Shown here piece by piece: positions 45,505 to 55,656 of a stretch of 64,000 nt of DNA. Below the pieces are notes generated by a model. That model worked only from the letters and a program-made list of their open reading frames with translations, was not told where the DNA came from and ran no database searches. The position numbers were made by a program, and so were the translations under genes. How positions within the stretch are numbered: position 1 is the first letter of the stretch; every line of letters begins with the position of its first letter. The DNA lies in NCBI GenBank assembly GCA_016193315.1, contig JACPSJ010000001.1, positions 727,478 to 791,477 of the forward strand, given 5' to 3'. The stretch is from Candidatus Kerfeldbacteria bacterium (lineage in GTDB: Bacteria; Patescibacteriota; Patescibacteriia; SBBC01; CAIJZX01).

Positions 45505-46269
45505 CTAACCCGAAACGGCGGCCCCTGACAACCGCTCAAAACGCATCACTGACTGGAGAACCTGGTCGCTCTGCAATGGTCGATCAAGCGTTTGTTCTAT
45601 CACCAGCCGCAGCAGCTGACGGACCTGACGAAAAATCTGTCGCTGATCATTCGGCTGACCTTCGTTCCGGAGGTAGTCGACGGTGTCCGTCGAAAGAGCC
45701 ATGTATCCAGCCTGGGCCTCAGCCCGATGGACGAATCCATGGAGCGGCTGGAAGACCAGGTCATCAGCCGACAACGGACGATGGCAAAAACCACATCGCT
45801 CAAGTGATGGCGCAAACCCTTCGTGCTGTAGAATCTGCCAGGCCCGGCGAAGAAGAAGCAGCCATCGACGTCCGCTTGACCATACAATCTCGCCGGTCAT
45901 TGCTTCGAGCATCTGCACGACCAGCGGGTACAGGCCGGGTTCCGGCTGGTTCGGTTTCGTCACGCGCTCGACGAGTTCAAACAGCCACTGCGCACTGACC
46001 AAGGCGATGAGGTCTGATCGCAGCCTTGGCCATCGTCGCCGGATGATGCTGCCGGTGACCACGTCGACCACCCGACCATTGGCCACCATCATGTCGACTT
46101 CCATCAGCGGCTCAAGTGACCCGCCGAGTTTGGAAATGCTCTTCTTCGTGCCGCGGGCGCGAATCTGCTGCTGGCCGAGATTCGGTGTCAAAACCACCAA
46201 TTGCCGGTCGTGTTCGCGATCGTCCGTGTGCCGGAGAATGAGCGCTTTGGTGCGGATGACAGTGGACAC
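45505..46269 (-). CDS. recO: DNA repair protein RecO
   Basis: EHDRQLVVLT, ARGTKK...SKLGGSLEP, GFAPSLERCGFC. Confidence 0.9.
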   Translation of the reverse strand: MSTVIRTKALILRHTDDREHDRQLVVLTPNLGQQQIRARGTKKSISKLGGSLEPLMEVDMMVANGRVVDVVTGSIIRRRWPRLRSDLIALVSAQWLFELVERVTKPNQPEPGLYPLVVQMLEAMTGEIVWSSGRRWLLLLRRAWQILQHEGFAPSLERCGFCHRPLSADDLVFQPLHGFVHRAEAQAGYMALSTDTVDYLRNEGQPNDQRQIFRQVRQLLRLVIEQTLDRPLQSDQVLQSVMRFERLSGAAVSG

Positions 46270-46394
46270 GATGTCCAGTATACCACGGGTTCTTGACACC
46301 AATGCTGGGCCTGGGTAGGCTCCGATCAGCCCATCACATGGTCAGTCGAAACGCGACTGATCGAGGTGGGAAGCTCTTTTCATGAGGTGGAATC

Positions 46395-47467
46395 ATGGCT
46401 CGAATCTTCAGCACCAGCGACGCCGAACGCGGTCAGCTCATGGGCCTCCTGGGTGAGGCGATCCGGCGCATGACCGAGGGGTCAGTCCCACACGAAATCA
46501 TGGATCAAGCCTTGCGGTCGGTCGCGTTCTGGAAGTTGCCGTGTGTTGTCAGGCCACTTGTGCCTGGCTATGGATCACGGCTGTTGGATGGTCACCCGGA
46601 TCTTTACGCCACACCGAACGGGGTCATCTACCAATCTGGTGGCTCCATCATGCTGAGTGAGTGGAATCGCCCTGATCCGTGTATCCTGTGCTCCGTCCGG
46701 GATCTCATCGAAGCTTCAAAACAATTCTGCGTTATCCCCAAAAACGATGGCGTGGTCGTCGCCGAGGAAGGCCGGATCGTCTTCTGCCGTGAACACCTGG
46801 ATATCCGCCTGTACGACGGACCTGGCGCAGTCCACAACGCCTATGACCACCCCGACGGAGTCGCCCTAGTCACGGATCAGGACGTATTGATCCTGACGCT
46901 CGACGCGGTAAACCGGTACGAGTTCCGAAGGGTCGACCCCCATGAAGGATCCACCTGGAAATCCAGTGCCACCTGGCTGGTCGAGCAGGATGGCGGCGTA
47001 TTCCACTGCTATGGACGGCGGGGAATATATCACTCGCTGGTGATCGGCCACGTGGATTTTTGGCAGCCGCACGCCCGTGGCATCGTCTTCCGGCGAGAAA
47101 GGTCGTTCTTCCTGGTCAGGCCAGAAGACCTGAGCCAGGTCGAGCTTTTCACGGGCGACTTCAGCCCGCTCTGGGACCGTCGCCACCAGAAGGAAGTGGA
47201 CTTTCTCTGCTTGCCCCAGGGGATTATCATCAATGCCCGGTGGGAAGGCGGCTGCGCGCTGCTGTACTGCGATAAAAACGGGCAACGGCCGATCGTAACC
47301 GGCGAACATTTCCTCGGTACCGCCGAAGTGGACGTCGATCCGAATGGGTACGTCGTCTACAAACGCGATGGGCTCCATCGGGTCATCCCCGGTCAGTGGC
47401 CGAACCGAAGCTGCCGGCCGGTGCCCCAGTCTCGGCCACCGAACCTCCCGCACCTCAACCCGCCTGA
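46395..47467 (+). CDS. hypothetical protein with beta-propeller-like repeats, probable frameshift near the 3' end
   Basis: Repeated HPxGV/I-type motifs; GAGGTG SD; alternative frame ends in TGA inside a terminator. Confidence 0.55.
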
Positions 47468-47625
47468 CCCCAGGCGGTTTTTTATTCCGACGTTGCGTCG
47501 GAATAACCCTGAGCGCGACTCGCGCGAAGGGTCTCCGTTTCCAACGGTTTTGACAAGTCTTGTTTCCGGCCGTAGACTTGCTCACGTCACGATGGCTGTA
47601 CTTTCCCCTTTCCAGGAGGAGCGTC

Positions 47626-47895
47626 ATGGGATCCGAAATATTGCATATGACGGATGGTGTCTACCTTTCCACCGCCGAGGCGGCCCGACGCTTGGACGTC
47701 AGTCCTAGCACGGTCCGTCGCTGGATCCACCGCGTTCGAAGCCGGAGCCGGAAGTGCCCGCCAGTCTTGAAGCTGCTCAAGATCACGTACCTTCGATACG
47801 TGGAGAGTGATCATCGGGAATGGTACCTGGAACGCGAATCCGTAGCCGCCCTCAAGCGCGCCCTCCGTGCTCGCGTTCGCGCCCCGGCCAAATGA
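47626..47895 (+). CDS. excisionase/MerR-like helix-turn-helix protein
   Basis: YLSTAEAARRLDVSPSTVRRWI; TTGACA at 47550, AGGAGG SD, terminator. Confidence 0.75.
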   Translation: MGSEILHMTDGVYLSTAEAARRLDVSPSTVRRWIHRVRSRSRKCPPVLKLLKITYLRYVESDHREWYLERESVAALKRALRARVRAPAK

Positions 47896-47913
47896 TACGG
47901 CGGGGTTTTTCTT

Positions 47914-50900
47914 TTAGGCCCGCGCTAAACCAATATCGGCTTTTTTACCGTCCAGCTCGATGGTGGTTTTGTGGCTGACTCCGTCGAGACTCGGCGACGC
48001 GGTTTTCGCCCGAACCTCTGGCAAAATTCGCTGGGCGTACCGCTCCACCACCTGACCGGCCAACGTTTTAGGCTGCACATACAGGACGATTTGATCGGCC
48101 GGCTTCAGGCCGGCAGTTTTTCGCAAGGCGTTGATCTCACGCACCAGATCACGAACCATCCCCTCTTCTTTTAGTTCATCGCTGACCGTCGTGTCGAGCG
48201 CCACTCGATCAGACGACATCCATTCCTTGCCGGACGGCAGCGACTCGGCCACGTGAATCTCTTTGACGTTCAGTTCTTCACGCACGATCGAATCAAGGTC
48301 AGGCCGGAGCGCGGCCGTCATCACCAATTGCGCCAGCGGTTGTCGTACTTTCAAGCCGGCTTTGGCCCGCAGCGCATGGCCTTGCTCAACGATCTGCTTG
48401 GCCAGCGCCATGTCGCTCAGCAGCCGCGCGTCAATTTCGCCGACCGATGGCCAGTCTTCGAGGTGGACAGATTCTTTGTCACCGCCAACAACGTGGTACA
48501 CATGCTCCGCCAAAAATGGGATGAACGGAGCCATCAGTTTCGACAACTTCCGGAGCACGTGCTGCAGTACGACGCTGGCCACTTGCATTTCATCCGACTT
48601 GAATCGATCCCGGCTCCGCCGGACATACCAGGTTGAAAGATCGGTCACGAACGCGCCAATGGCTCGCGCCGCGCCGGTAATGTCATAGTGCTCTAGACGC
48701 TTGGTCACGTCTTTCGTCAGGACATTGACCATCGAATGAACCCAGCGGTCGAGCGGGTGGTTCGCCCGACCAACATTCGTAGATTCGTAGCTCCTATTCG
48801 TAGGTTCGTAGTTTTTATTTGTAGATTCGTAGAGTTGCCAAAAACTGACTACGTTCATCAAAATCAAGAATGTTTTCTTCACCCCTTCGCCAACAATCTT
48901 CGGGTCAAAGTTTTTCGTGTCCCACGGCTGGTTGGCCGTGTACATGAACCAGCGCAGAGCATCAGCGCCGTGCTTGGCAAACAGCTCGTCCAGATCACCG
49001 TAGTTCTTTAGCGATTTTGACAACTTTCGACCTTGGGTGTCGTTCAGGTGGCCGAGCACCAGGACGTGCCGGTACGATGATTCCTTCACCGCGCCGGCGC
49101 GCTGGAGCAAGGTGCTGATCGCCAACAAGGTATAGAACCAGCCACGCGTTTGATCGATCGCTTCGGAAATGTAGTGGGCTGGATAGCTTCCGGCACCGTC
49201 GATCTGGTTCTTGTGCTCGAACGGGTAGTGCCACTGGGCAAACGGCATGGCGCCGGAGTCGAACCAGGCGTCGGCCACCTCCGGAACACGTTTCATGGTG
49301 CCGTGGTGACATTGCGGGCATGACCATGCCAGACCATCAATAAAGGGCCGGTGGGGATCGAAACTGCCATCCGACTGGAATACCGTGGCCGGAAATTTCA
49401 ATTCGATCGGCCGGCCGTTTGGCACGTCCTCCAGTCGGGTTATGGTCGGCGCCGGCTGCAGGGATAAAGCCCACTCCGTCACCAGAATCGGGTCGGCGTG
49501 GGTGACGATGACAAAGGTTTTTCCTTCGTGCTTGGCATCGAGTTCGCGCAGAAAACTGAGCATCCGCTGACGAATGTCGGTCCACGTTTCTCCCCCGGGT
49601 GGTGCGTCGTGCACCCGTTTCGAACGATCACCGAACGTGGCGTGGAATTCGGCAATCGTTTTTCCTTCAAAAACTGGTCCGATGTGGTACTCGTTGATCC
49701 GTTTGTCCTCGGTCACGGCGATGCCCAGCTCTTGACCAATAATTTCAGCCGTTTGCCTGGCCCGGAGAAACTGTGAGGAGTAGATGGCGTCAATCTTTTC
49801 CGGCTCCAATTTCTGCGCTCCGCGTTGGGCTTGTTTTCTCCCCGACTCAGTCAGGGGACACAAATTTTTGTTGGCTGGTTCGGTGTTGAGCGTATTGTTC
49901 TCGTTGTTCGTGGATCCGCCGTGTCTGACGAAGAAATAGCGATTCCTGGTCGGTAGCCGATCGAGTAAGTCTTGGTAACTGCCGAGGCACTCCTGGTGCC
50001 CACACTGATCACATCGCCAGATCGGCAGCGGCGTCCCCCAGAAGCGCTCGCGCGAAACAGCCCAATCCTTCACCTCTCGCAACCACTCCCCAAAGCGTCC
50101 GGCTTTAATGTGCGCCGGGTGCCAATTGATTTTATTATTGTTCGCGATCAGTTGATCGCGTAGCTTCGACATCTGAATGAACCACGACGTTTTGGCGTAG
50201 TACAGGAGCGGATGTTTGCAGCGCCAGCAGAATGGATAATCGTGGGTGTAGTTCTCAATCTTGTACAACTTGTGATGCTTCTCCAGCCAGTCAACAATCT
50301 TCTTTTGCGTCTGACCTTTGGCATCGCGAACCTCCAAACCAGCCCACGGCTTTACCAACTCGTCGAACTTTCCTTGCAAATCGACGGTGTGGATCGTGGG
50401 CAAGTCAAGTTTCTTCCCCAATTGAAAATCATCTTCGCCGTACATGACTGCGGTGTGGACGACGCCGGTGCCTTCGTCGGTGGTGACGAAGTCGGCGGGC
50501 ACAATAGAATAGGCGTGTTCGTATTCCTGAGCCCACCGGCGAAGAATCTCTGGTGCCGTAAGGCCGGTCGGTTCCAGAGACCCTTCGCTTCGCCGCGGGC
50601 TTCGCTCAGGGATACGGCTCTTCCCTACTTCACGCAAATCCAGAAAATCAAACAGCGGCTTGTATTTCTTCCCGACCAGTGCGGCACCGGAAACGGTTTT
50701 TGCCACCTGCTCCTTCCTGAATCCTAAATCCGGCATTCGGTTCTCGGCCAAAATGTAGTACTCGTCGCCGCGCCGAACCCGGGCATACCGAATCTTTGGA
50801 TCCACAGCTAGCGCCACGTTCCCCGGCAGCGTCCACGGCGTCGTCGTCCAGGCCAGCACAAACGTTCTCGGTTCATCAACTAGTTCGAATTTCACATACG

Positions 50901-51501
50901 CTGCTGGCTCGGTTATCCGTTCGTACCCTTGGGCGACTTCATGACTCGACAGGGCCGTACCGCACCGCGGGCAATACGGCACGACTTTGTAATCCTGAAC
51001 CAACAGTTTCTGATCCCAAATCTGCCTGAAAATCCACCATAGTGTTTCAATGTATTCCGGCTGATAGGTGATGTACGGGTGCTCGAGATCGAGCCAGAAC
51101 CCCACGCGCCTGGTCATCTTCTCCCACAAGTCTTTGTACTTCCACACCGATGCCTTGGCCTGGGCATTGAACCTCTCGATGCCGTACTTCTCGATATCTT
51201 TCTTGCCGGAGATGCCGAGTTCTTTTTCGACTTCTATTTCAACCGGCAGCCCGTGCGTGTCCCAGCCGGCTTTGCGCTCGACACGATAGCCCTGCATCGT
51301 TTTGAATCGCGGAATGATGTCCTTGAACGCCCGGGTTTCAACGTGCCCGATGTGCGGGATGCCGTTGGCCGTTGGTGGTCCGTCGTAGAATACAAAGTCT
51401 CCTTTCGGTGAGGGTTTCGCTAGCGTTTTCTTGAAGATGTCTTGGGCTTCCCAATCCTTGAGAATCTGTTCCTCGAGTTCGGGAAATTTGGGGATGGGCA
51501 T
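47914..51501 (-). CDS. ileS: isoleucine--tRNA ligase (type 2) with inserted histidine-phosphatase domain
   Basis: DGPPTANG, HIGH, GWDTHGLP, WTTTPWTLP, SRERFWGTP, DQTRGWFY, KLSKS; insert with RHG...VTHA. Confidence 0.96.
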   Translation of the reverse strand: MPIPKFPELEEQILKDWEAQDIFKKTLAKPSPKGDFVFYDGPPTANGIPHIGHVETRAFKDIIPRFKTMQGYRVERKAGWDTHGLPVEIEVEKELGISGKKDIEKYGIERFNAQAKASVWKYKDLWEKMTRRVGFWLDLEHPYITYQPEYIETLWWIFRQIWDQKLLVQDYKVVPYCPRCGTALSSHEVAQGYERITEPAAYVKFELVDEPRTFVLAWTTTPWTLPGNVALAVDPKIRYARVRRGDEYYILAENRMPDLGFRKEQVAKTVSGAALVGKKYKPLFDFLDLREVGKSRIPERSPRRSEGSLEPTGLTAPEILRRWAQEYEHAYSIVPADFVTTDEGTGVVHTAVMYGEDDFQLGKKLDLPTIHTVDLQGKFDELVKPWAGLEVRDAKGQTQKKIVDWLEKHHKLYKIENYTHDYPFCWRCKHPLLYYAKTSWFIQMSKLRDQLIANNNKINWHPAHIKAGRFGEWLREVKDWAVSRERFWGTPLPIWRCDQCGHQECLGSYQDLLDRLPTRNRYFFVRHGGSTNNENNTLNTEPANKNLCPLTESGRKQAQRGAQKLEPEKIDAIYSSQFLRARQTAEIIGQELGIAVTEDKRINEYHIGPVFEGKTIAEFHATFGDRSKRVHDAPPGGETWTDIRQRMLSFLRELDAKHEGKTFVIVTHADPILVTEWALSLQPAPTITRLEDVPNGRPIELKFPATVFQSDGSFDPHRPFIDGLAWSCPQCHHGTMKRVPEVADAWFDSGAMPFAQWHYPFEHKNQIDGAGSYPAHYISEAIDQTRGWFYTLLAISTLLQRAGAVKESSYRHVLVLGHLNDTQGRKLSKSLKNYGDLDELFAKHGADALRWFMYTANQPWDTKNFDPKIVGEGVKKTFLILMNVVSFWQLYESTNKNYEPTNRSYESTNVGRANHPLDRWVHSMVNVLTKDVTKRLEHYDITGAARAIGAFVTDLSTWYVRRSRDRFKSDEMQVASVVLQHVLRKLSKLMAPFIPFLAEHVYHVVGGDKESVHLEDWPSVGEIDARLLSDMALAKQIVEQGHALRAKAGLKVRQPLAQLVMTAALRPDLDSIVREELNVKEIHVAESLPSGKEWMSSDRVALDTTVSDELKEEGMVRDLVREINALRKTAGLKPADQIVLYVQPKTLAGQVVERYAQRILPEVRAKTASPSLDGVSHKTTIELDGKKADIGLARA
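50520..50616. repeat. palindromic REP-like element in frame within ileS
   Basis: CGTATTCCTGAGC...GCGAAGAATCTCTGG paired with CCAGAGACCCTTCGC...GCTCAGGGATACG. Confidence 0.8.
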
Positions 51502-51606
51502 AAGAAAATCCAGTCAGATTCAGCGATCCGACCTCCTACTCCCAACGTCTGACCTCTGAATTGCGATATATCAGATCGCCCTTCTATTGTACCCCCAAAC
51601 GAGGTG

Positions 51607-51942
51607 CTAGTCAAAAAAAGCTTTCCCGACTACGAGGGCGATAATCAACGTCATGCACCCAATGAAATACCCCACACCACCGGTGAGAATAGCTTTGGGC
51701 CACCTTTGCTTGGATCGGTGCGGGGGTTGAAGCGATGAGGATGAATCAGAATGCACCGGCCTTCCGAAGGCGCTCCGACCCAAGCACCACAGTACCAGAA
51801 CAAATAGCGTCGCGGTCCAAATGATAACCACGGGGAACAGGACATCATAGAGAAACGACCACATGGCAAGTACCGATGTGGCACCAATGAGCCACGAAGC
51901 TGGTGCAACTCGCTTGTCGGAAAGCACACTAATCACTATCAT
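51607..51942 (-). CDS. hypothetical 3-TM membrane protein
   Basis: Hydrophobic ORF upstream of ileS; promoter-like TTGACT...TACGAT. Confidence 0.5.
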   Translation of the reverse strand: MIVISVLSDKRVAPASWLIGATSVLAMWSFLYDVLFPVVIIWTATLFVLVLWCLGRSAFGRPVHSDSSSSLQPPHRSKQRWPKAILTGGVGYFIGCMTLIIALVVGKAFFD

Positions 51943-52027
51943 GGTAGATCGATCGTATTAAGTTTTTTCGACTTAGTCAATCCACAACTGATGACAAGAA
52001 AAATCCCAACTTCTTTCGAAGTCGGGT

Positions 52028-52612
52028 CTAGTGCGGCACGAGTTTCAGGTGGTTGGCGTGGGCCCAACGGGAGAGAATCTGGTGCCCCACCAGATAGACC
52101 AGGAGCATGAACATCAGCGCTGGGCCACGGCTGGCGATGAAGTTGCCGGTGAACCATTGCCGGTCGAACATCCACGAAAGCAGGAAGGCGCCGGCCACGG
52201 CATCGAATTGGTCGACCAGGAACCACGGCTGACCGCGGTCGAAACCGATCCGCCGCTTGATCAGCGACTTGGTCAAGTCGCCAAGGAGGGCACCAAGCGC
52301 CAACCAGCCCATGTGTCGAATGAACTGGAAATCGTCGATCTCCCAGATCCGGTACAGGCTGGGCATACCACCGGGCGTCAACGCCAGCATGGCCAGTGTC
52401 CAGGTCGTCAGGACCCCGAAGAACACGCCGCCGAAAAAACCTTGCCAAGTCTTGCCATCGCCGAGGAGACGACGGCCATCGCCAGCGCACCAACCGAAGT
52501 CCATTGGCCGCCCGCCGCCGAGCACCACCGGCAGCATGTTGGCCAGCAGCAGCGGCAGGCTGAGCCAGGTGACAAGCGCACAATCTCCGAGGAACCCCAA
52601 GACATAGGACAC
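52028..52612 (-). CDS. CarS-like CDP-archaeol synthase family (CTP transferase)
   Basis: ANMLPV, PMDFG, DGRRLLGDGKTWQG, GALLGDLTKSLIKRR, DQFD. Confidence 0.85.
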   Translation of the reverse strand: MSYVLGFLGDCALVTWLSLPLLLANMLPVVLGGGRPMDFGWCAGDGRRLLGDGKTWQGFFGGVFFGVLTTWTLAMLALTPGGMPSLYRIWEIDDFQFIRHMGWLALGALLGDLTKSLIKRRIGFDRGQPWFLVDQFDAVAGAFLLSWMFDRQWFTGNFIASRGPALMFMLLVYLVGHQILSRWAHANHLKLVPH

Positions 52613-52695
52613 GGTCCACCTCGCGGGTGTGGGTGGAATTCGAAAGGACGAGGAACGACAGTCGCCGCTACCCTACCCCAGACGTATTATCTCCG

Positions 52696-53850
52696 TCAAG
52701 CCCGCAGTCGTGCGATTATGTCTTCGTAGACACGGAGCGTCTGTTTCGCGGTCGCCATCCAGGAGAAATGACGGGCTCGTCGTCGCCCGCGCTGAGCAAG
52801 TTCCGCGGCAAACTTCGGATTGGTCAACAATCGATGCATGGCCCGGGCCAAACCTTGTACATCTGTCGGTTCAAAGAGGAGCGCGGCATCGGCCGCTACT
52901 TCAGGTAATGAGGAGCTGGTCGAGGAGATAACTGGTGTACCTAACGACATGGCTTCCAGGATCGGCAGTCCAAAGCCCTCGTAGAGCGAAGGGTAGACAA
53001 AGGCCATGGCTTCCTCGATCAACTTGACTTTGTGGTTGCGGGTGACGGAGCCAAGAAAACGCACCGCACCTTCCAGTCGCAGTTCTCGTATCGCTCGGAG
53101 TTGTCGCTTCCCGCGGCGGCCAAGGCTGCCGGCCAAGACGAGTTTGACGTCGCCCAGTTCAGTCTGATGATGCCATAGGTCACGCCACGCTTCGAGTAGT
53201 GTCCGGATGTTCCGCCGTGGCTCAATCGTGCCGACGAATAGCACGAACCGTTCCGGCAGGTGGTACACTTTCCGCACATCATCATCCGCATCCTCAAGCG
53301 GCAAGATCGCTACATCCGCGGCTTCCGGAATAACTACGATTTTCTCGACCGGTACGTCAAACTGCTCACGAATGTCGCGTTTGGTTGATTCGGACACGGC
53401 GATCACTCGCTTGGCTCGGCGGAGTGACCGCGGGACGAGGACGCGGGTGGAGAAAACCTGGGTCGGGAACCACTCGGGATACTTGTAGCTGACCAAATTA
53501 TGAACGGTCACTACGCTGGGTCGACGGTAGCCCAGGGGAATGATATTGGCCGGGGCATGAAAAAGATCGAGCCGCGCCCGGAGCAGCACGGCGGAGACGA
53601 GCATCTGCGAGTAAGCGATCGGCAGGAATCGACCATAACTCGAGAAGGGGAAAAAACGAATCTTGACGTTCGGCCGCTGGAACTCCTGTGTCCCCTCCGC
53701 CGCCATCCGATAGTCGAAGAACAAGACGTACTGATTAATATCGTCTTGTTCCAGCAAGGCCTTGACCAGGTGGTACGTGTAGTGCCCGACCTCAGCGCGT
53801 CCGCCCACGGCGGGGCTCAAAACTGTCCGACAGTCAATCCCAATCCTCAT
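52696..53850 (-). CDS. GT4 family glycosyltransferase
   Basis: MRIGID, GTIEPRRN, PSLYEGFGLPILEAM. Confidence 0.93.
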   Translation of the reverse strand: MRIGIDCRTVLSPAVGGRAEVGHYTYHLVKALLEQDDINQYVLFFDYRMAAEGTQEFQRPNVKIRFFPFSSYGRFLPIAYSQMLVSAVLLRARLDLFHAPANIIPLGYRRPSVVTVHNLVSYKYPEWFPTQVFSTRVLVPRSLRRAKRVIAVSESTKRDIREQFDVPVEKIVVIPEAADVAILPLEDADDDVRKVYHLPERFVLFVGTIEPRRNIRTLLEAWRDLWHHQTELGDVKLVLAGSLGRRGKRQLRAIRELRLEGAVRFLGSVTRNHKVKLIEEAMAFVYPSLYEGFGLPILEAMSLGTPVISSTSSSLPEVAADAALLFEPTDVQGLARAMHRLLTNPKFAAELAQRGRRRARHFSWMATAKQTLRVYEDIIARLRA

Positions 53851-54093
53851 AGTGCAGCATAGTCGCTAATTACTGCGGGAATAAGGTTGTCTCTCCGCCG
53901 GCCGCGCGTTGACCCGCCGGTCCGCTTGGAGTCGCACCAATCTGTTTTGGCGCCTGGTGATGAACATCGTGACCGGTGCGGATGACAATCAGAGTATATG
54001 ACGATCACGCCAGCATGCAAATGCCCGATCCCGAGCGGCCGCGGCGAGTTTGGATTCCTCGGGCACGGTGGCTATGATCCCGCGTCCGGCGCC

Positions 54094-55656
54094 TCACGCA
54101 CCGCCCCCGCGGTCGTGGCGGGACAATCGCGGACTGAATAACTGTCCGAGCTGGGTCAGTTCTTTAACCTTGAGCAGCCTCAGCGAGGCGCCGAAGACGA
54201 CCAGGCCGAGCGCCGCTGACAGCGCCGCCCGAATGGCCTGGTTGGTGAGCGTCGGAGAAAACGCCGGCCCGAAATAGGCAAAGACTCCGTACGCCGCCAG
54301 CCCACAGAGTCCGCCGGCCAAAAAAACCTGGCCCAGGAAGGGGACAAAGGTGGTGCTCGTCCAGGACAGCCGGCGATGAACGGCCACCAGCCCGACCACC
54401 GCAGTCATGATAGCCCCCAGGCTGTAGGCCAGCGCCAGCCCTAAACCATTGTACGTTTTGCCAATGGCCAGATACCAAAGCAGCGCTGTGGTGGTGCCGA
54501 TGATCGTGATCAGCAGCGGAGTACGGGTGTCTTTTTGAGCGAAGAAAATACGGTTGAATATTTCTACGACGCCGAAAGCGACCAAGGAGAAGGAAAAGAA
54601 TGCCAGCGCCGTGCTGATCCCCAGGACCACGGATGGCAACCCCGCGCTCCGCTGGTACACAATTTCAATCAGGGGGACACGTAAAACGATCAGCAACACG
54701 CTCACTGGGACCAGCGCGACGGTGATTGATTTCATGCCAAACAGCGACAACGCGCCAAGCTGCTGGCGGTCATTTGACCTGGCCAGGTCGGACAAACACG
54801 GGAAAACGACAGTCGCCAGCGAGGCGAACAAGAGATCGAGAAATACCTGCTGAATCCGGAGGCCGTACGTCAGGAAACTGTAGGTCCCATCGGCTTGGTA
54901 GGAACTGAGGTGCATCATGACCAAGAAGTTAAGGTTAAAGACTACGGCCGCAGCGAAAACTGGCCAGCCAACGGCACCGATCTGACGGAACAGCGGGGCC
55001 AGGCCGGCAAACATCACCCGCGACACGACCAGGCGTGACCGAGCCGCCCCAGCCACGAGCAGCAACTGGACCACCGCCCCGACCAGCGTGCCCCACGCCA
55101 CGGCGCCGATCCCCGCGGTTTTGTATAGCAGAACTATGACCACTAAAATCATAGCGTTGCCGATCAATGGCAACGCGCCTGGTAGGTAGAACCGTTTTTC
55201 TGCGTTCAGCAAGGCGGAGACAAAAAAACTCAATGGCATGGCCACTAAGAGCGGCGACATGATCCGGACCAGGCGCACGGTCAGCACCTGTGTCGTCACG
55301 TCACTGCCCGCACTGACCAGCTGGACGACCCACGGCGCGACCAGGCCCAACACCGCCACCGACAGCACCAGCACCATCGCCATCAGCGTCACGATGCCGG
55401 AAAACTTCCGCCAGGCCTCGGCGGTCCCGTGCTGATCCCGCTCTTGAATAAACAAGGGAATGATGCTGGCGGTGATCGTTGGCGCGACGAACGAAAACAG
55501 AAAAGTGGTGATGGTCAAAGCAGTGAAGAAGGCGTCCGTCCGGTGATCGGCGCCGAACAGCGCGGCCACCAACGGGTCGCGCACAAAGGCCAAGACTTTG
55601 GCTAGTAGCACCAGCAGGATCAAGACGGCGCTGACGGCCATGATGTTCCGTTTCAT
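54094..55656 (-). CDS. murJ: lipid II flippase MurJ/MviN family
   Basis: KVLAFVRD...FGA, DAFF, FFAQKDTRTP, GLALA; about 14 TM. Confidence 0.88.
   Translation of the reverse strand: MKRNIMAVSAVLILLVLLAKVLAFVRDPLVAALFGADHRTDAFFTALTITTFLFSFVAPTITASIIPLFIQERDQHGTAEAWRKFSGIVTLMAMVLVLSVAVLGLVAPWVVQLVSAGSDVTTQVLTVRLVRIMSPLLVAMPLSFFVSALLNAEKRFYLPGALPLIGNAMILVVIVLLYKTAGIGAVAWGTLVGAVVQLLLVAGAARSRLVVSRVMFAGLAPLFRQIGAVGWPVFAAAVVFNLNFLVMMHLSSYQADGTYSFLTYGLRIQQVFLDLLFASLATVVFPCLSDLARSNDRQQLGALSLFGMKSITVALVPVSVLLIVLRVPLIEIVYQRSAGLPSVVLGISTALAFFSFSLVAFGVVEIFNRIFFAQKDTRTPLLITIIGTTTALLWYLAIGKTYNGLGLALAYSLGAIMTAVVGLVAVHRRLSWTSTTFVPFLGQVFLAGGLCGLAAYGVFAYFGPAFSPTLTNQAIRAALSAALGLVVFGASLRLLKVKELTQLGQLFSPRLSRHDRGGGA

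Noticed and set aside
46320-46372. Hammerhead ribozyme or riboswitch in the leader
   Set aside because: CTGATCGA and GAAAC do not fit the CUGANGA core topology; only a simple hairpin is supported.
46395-47895. Prophage or integrative element around the excisionase-like HTH
   Set aside because: No integrase, att repeats or phage structural genes nearby.
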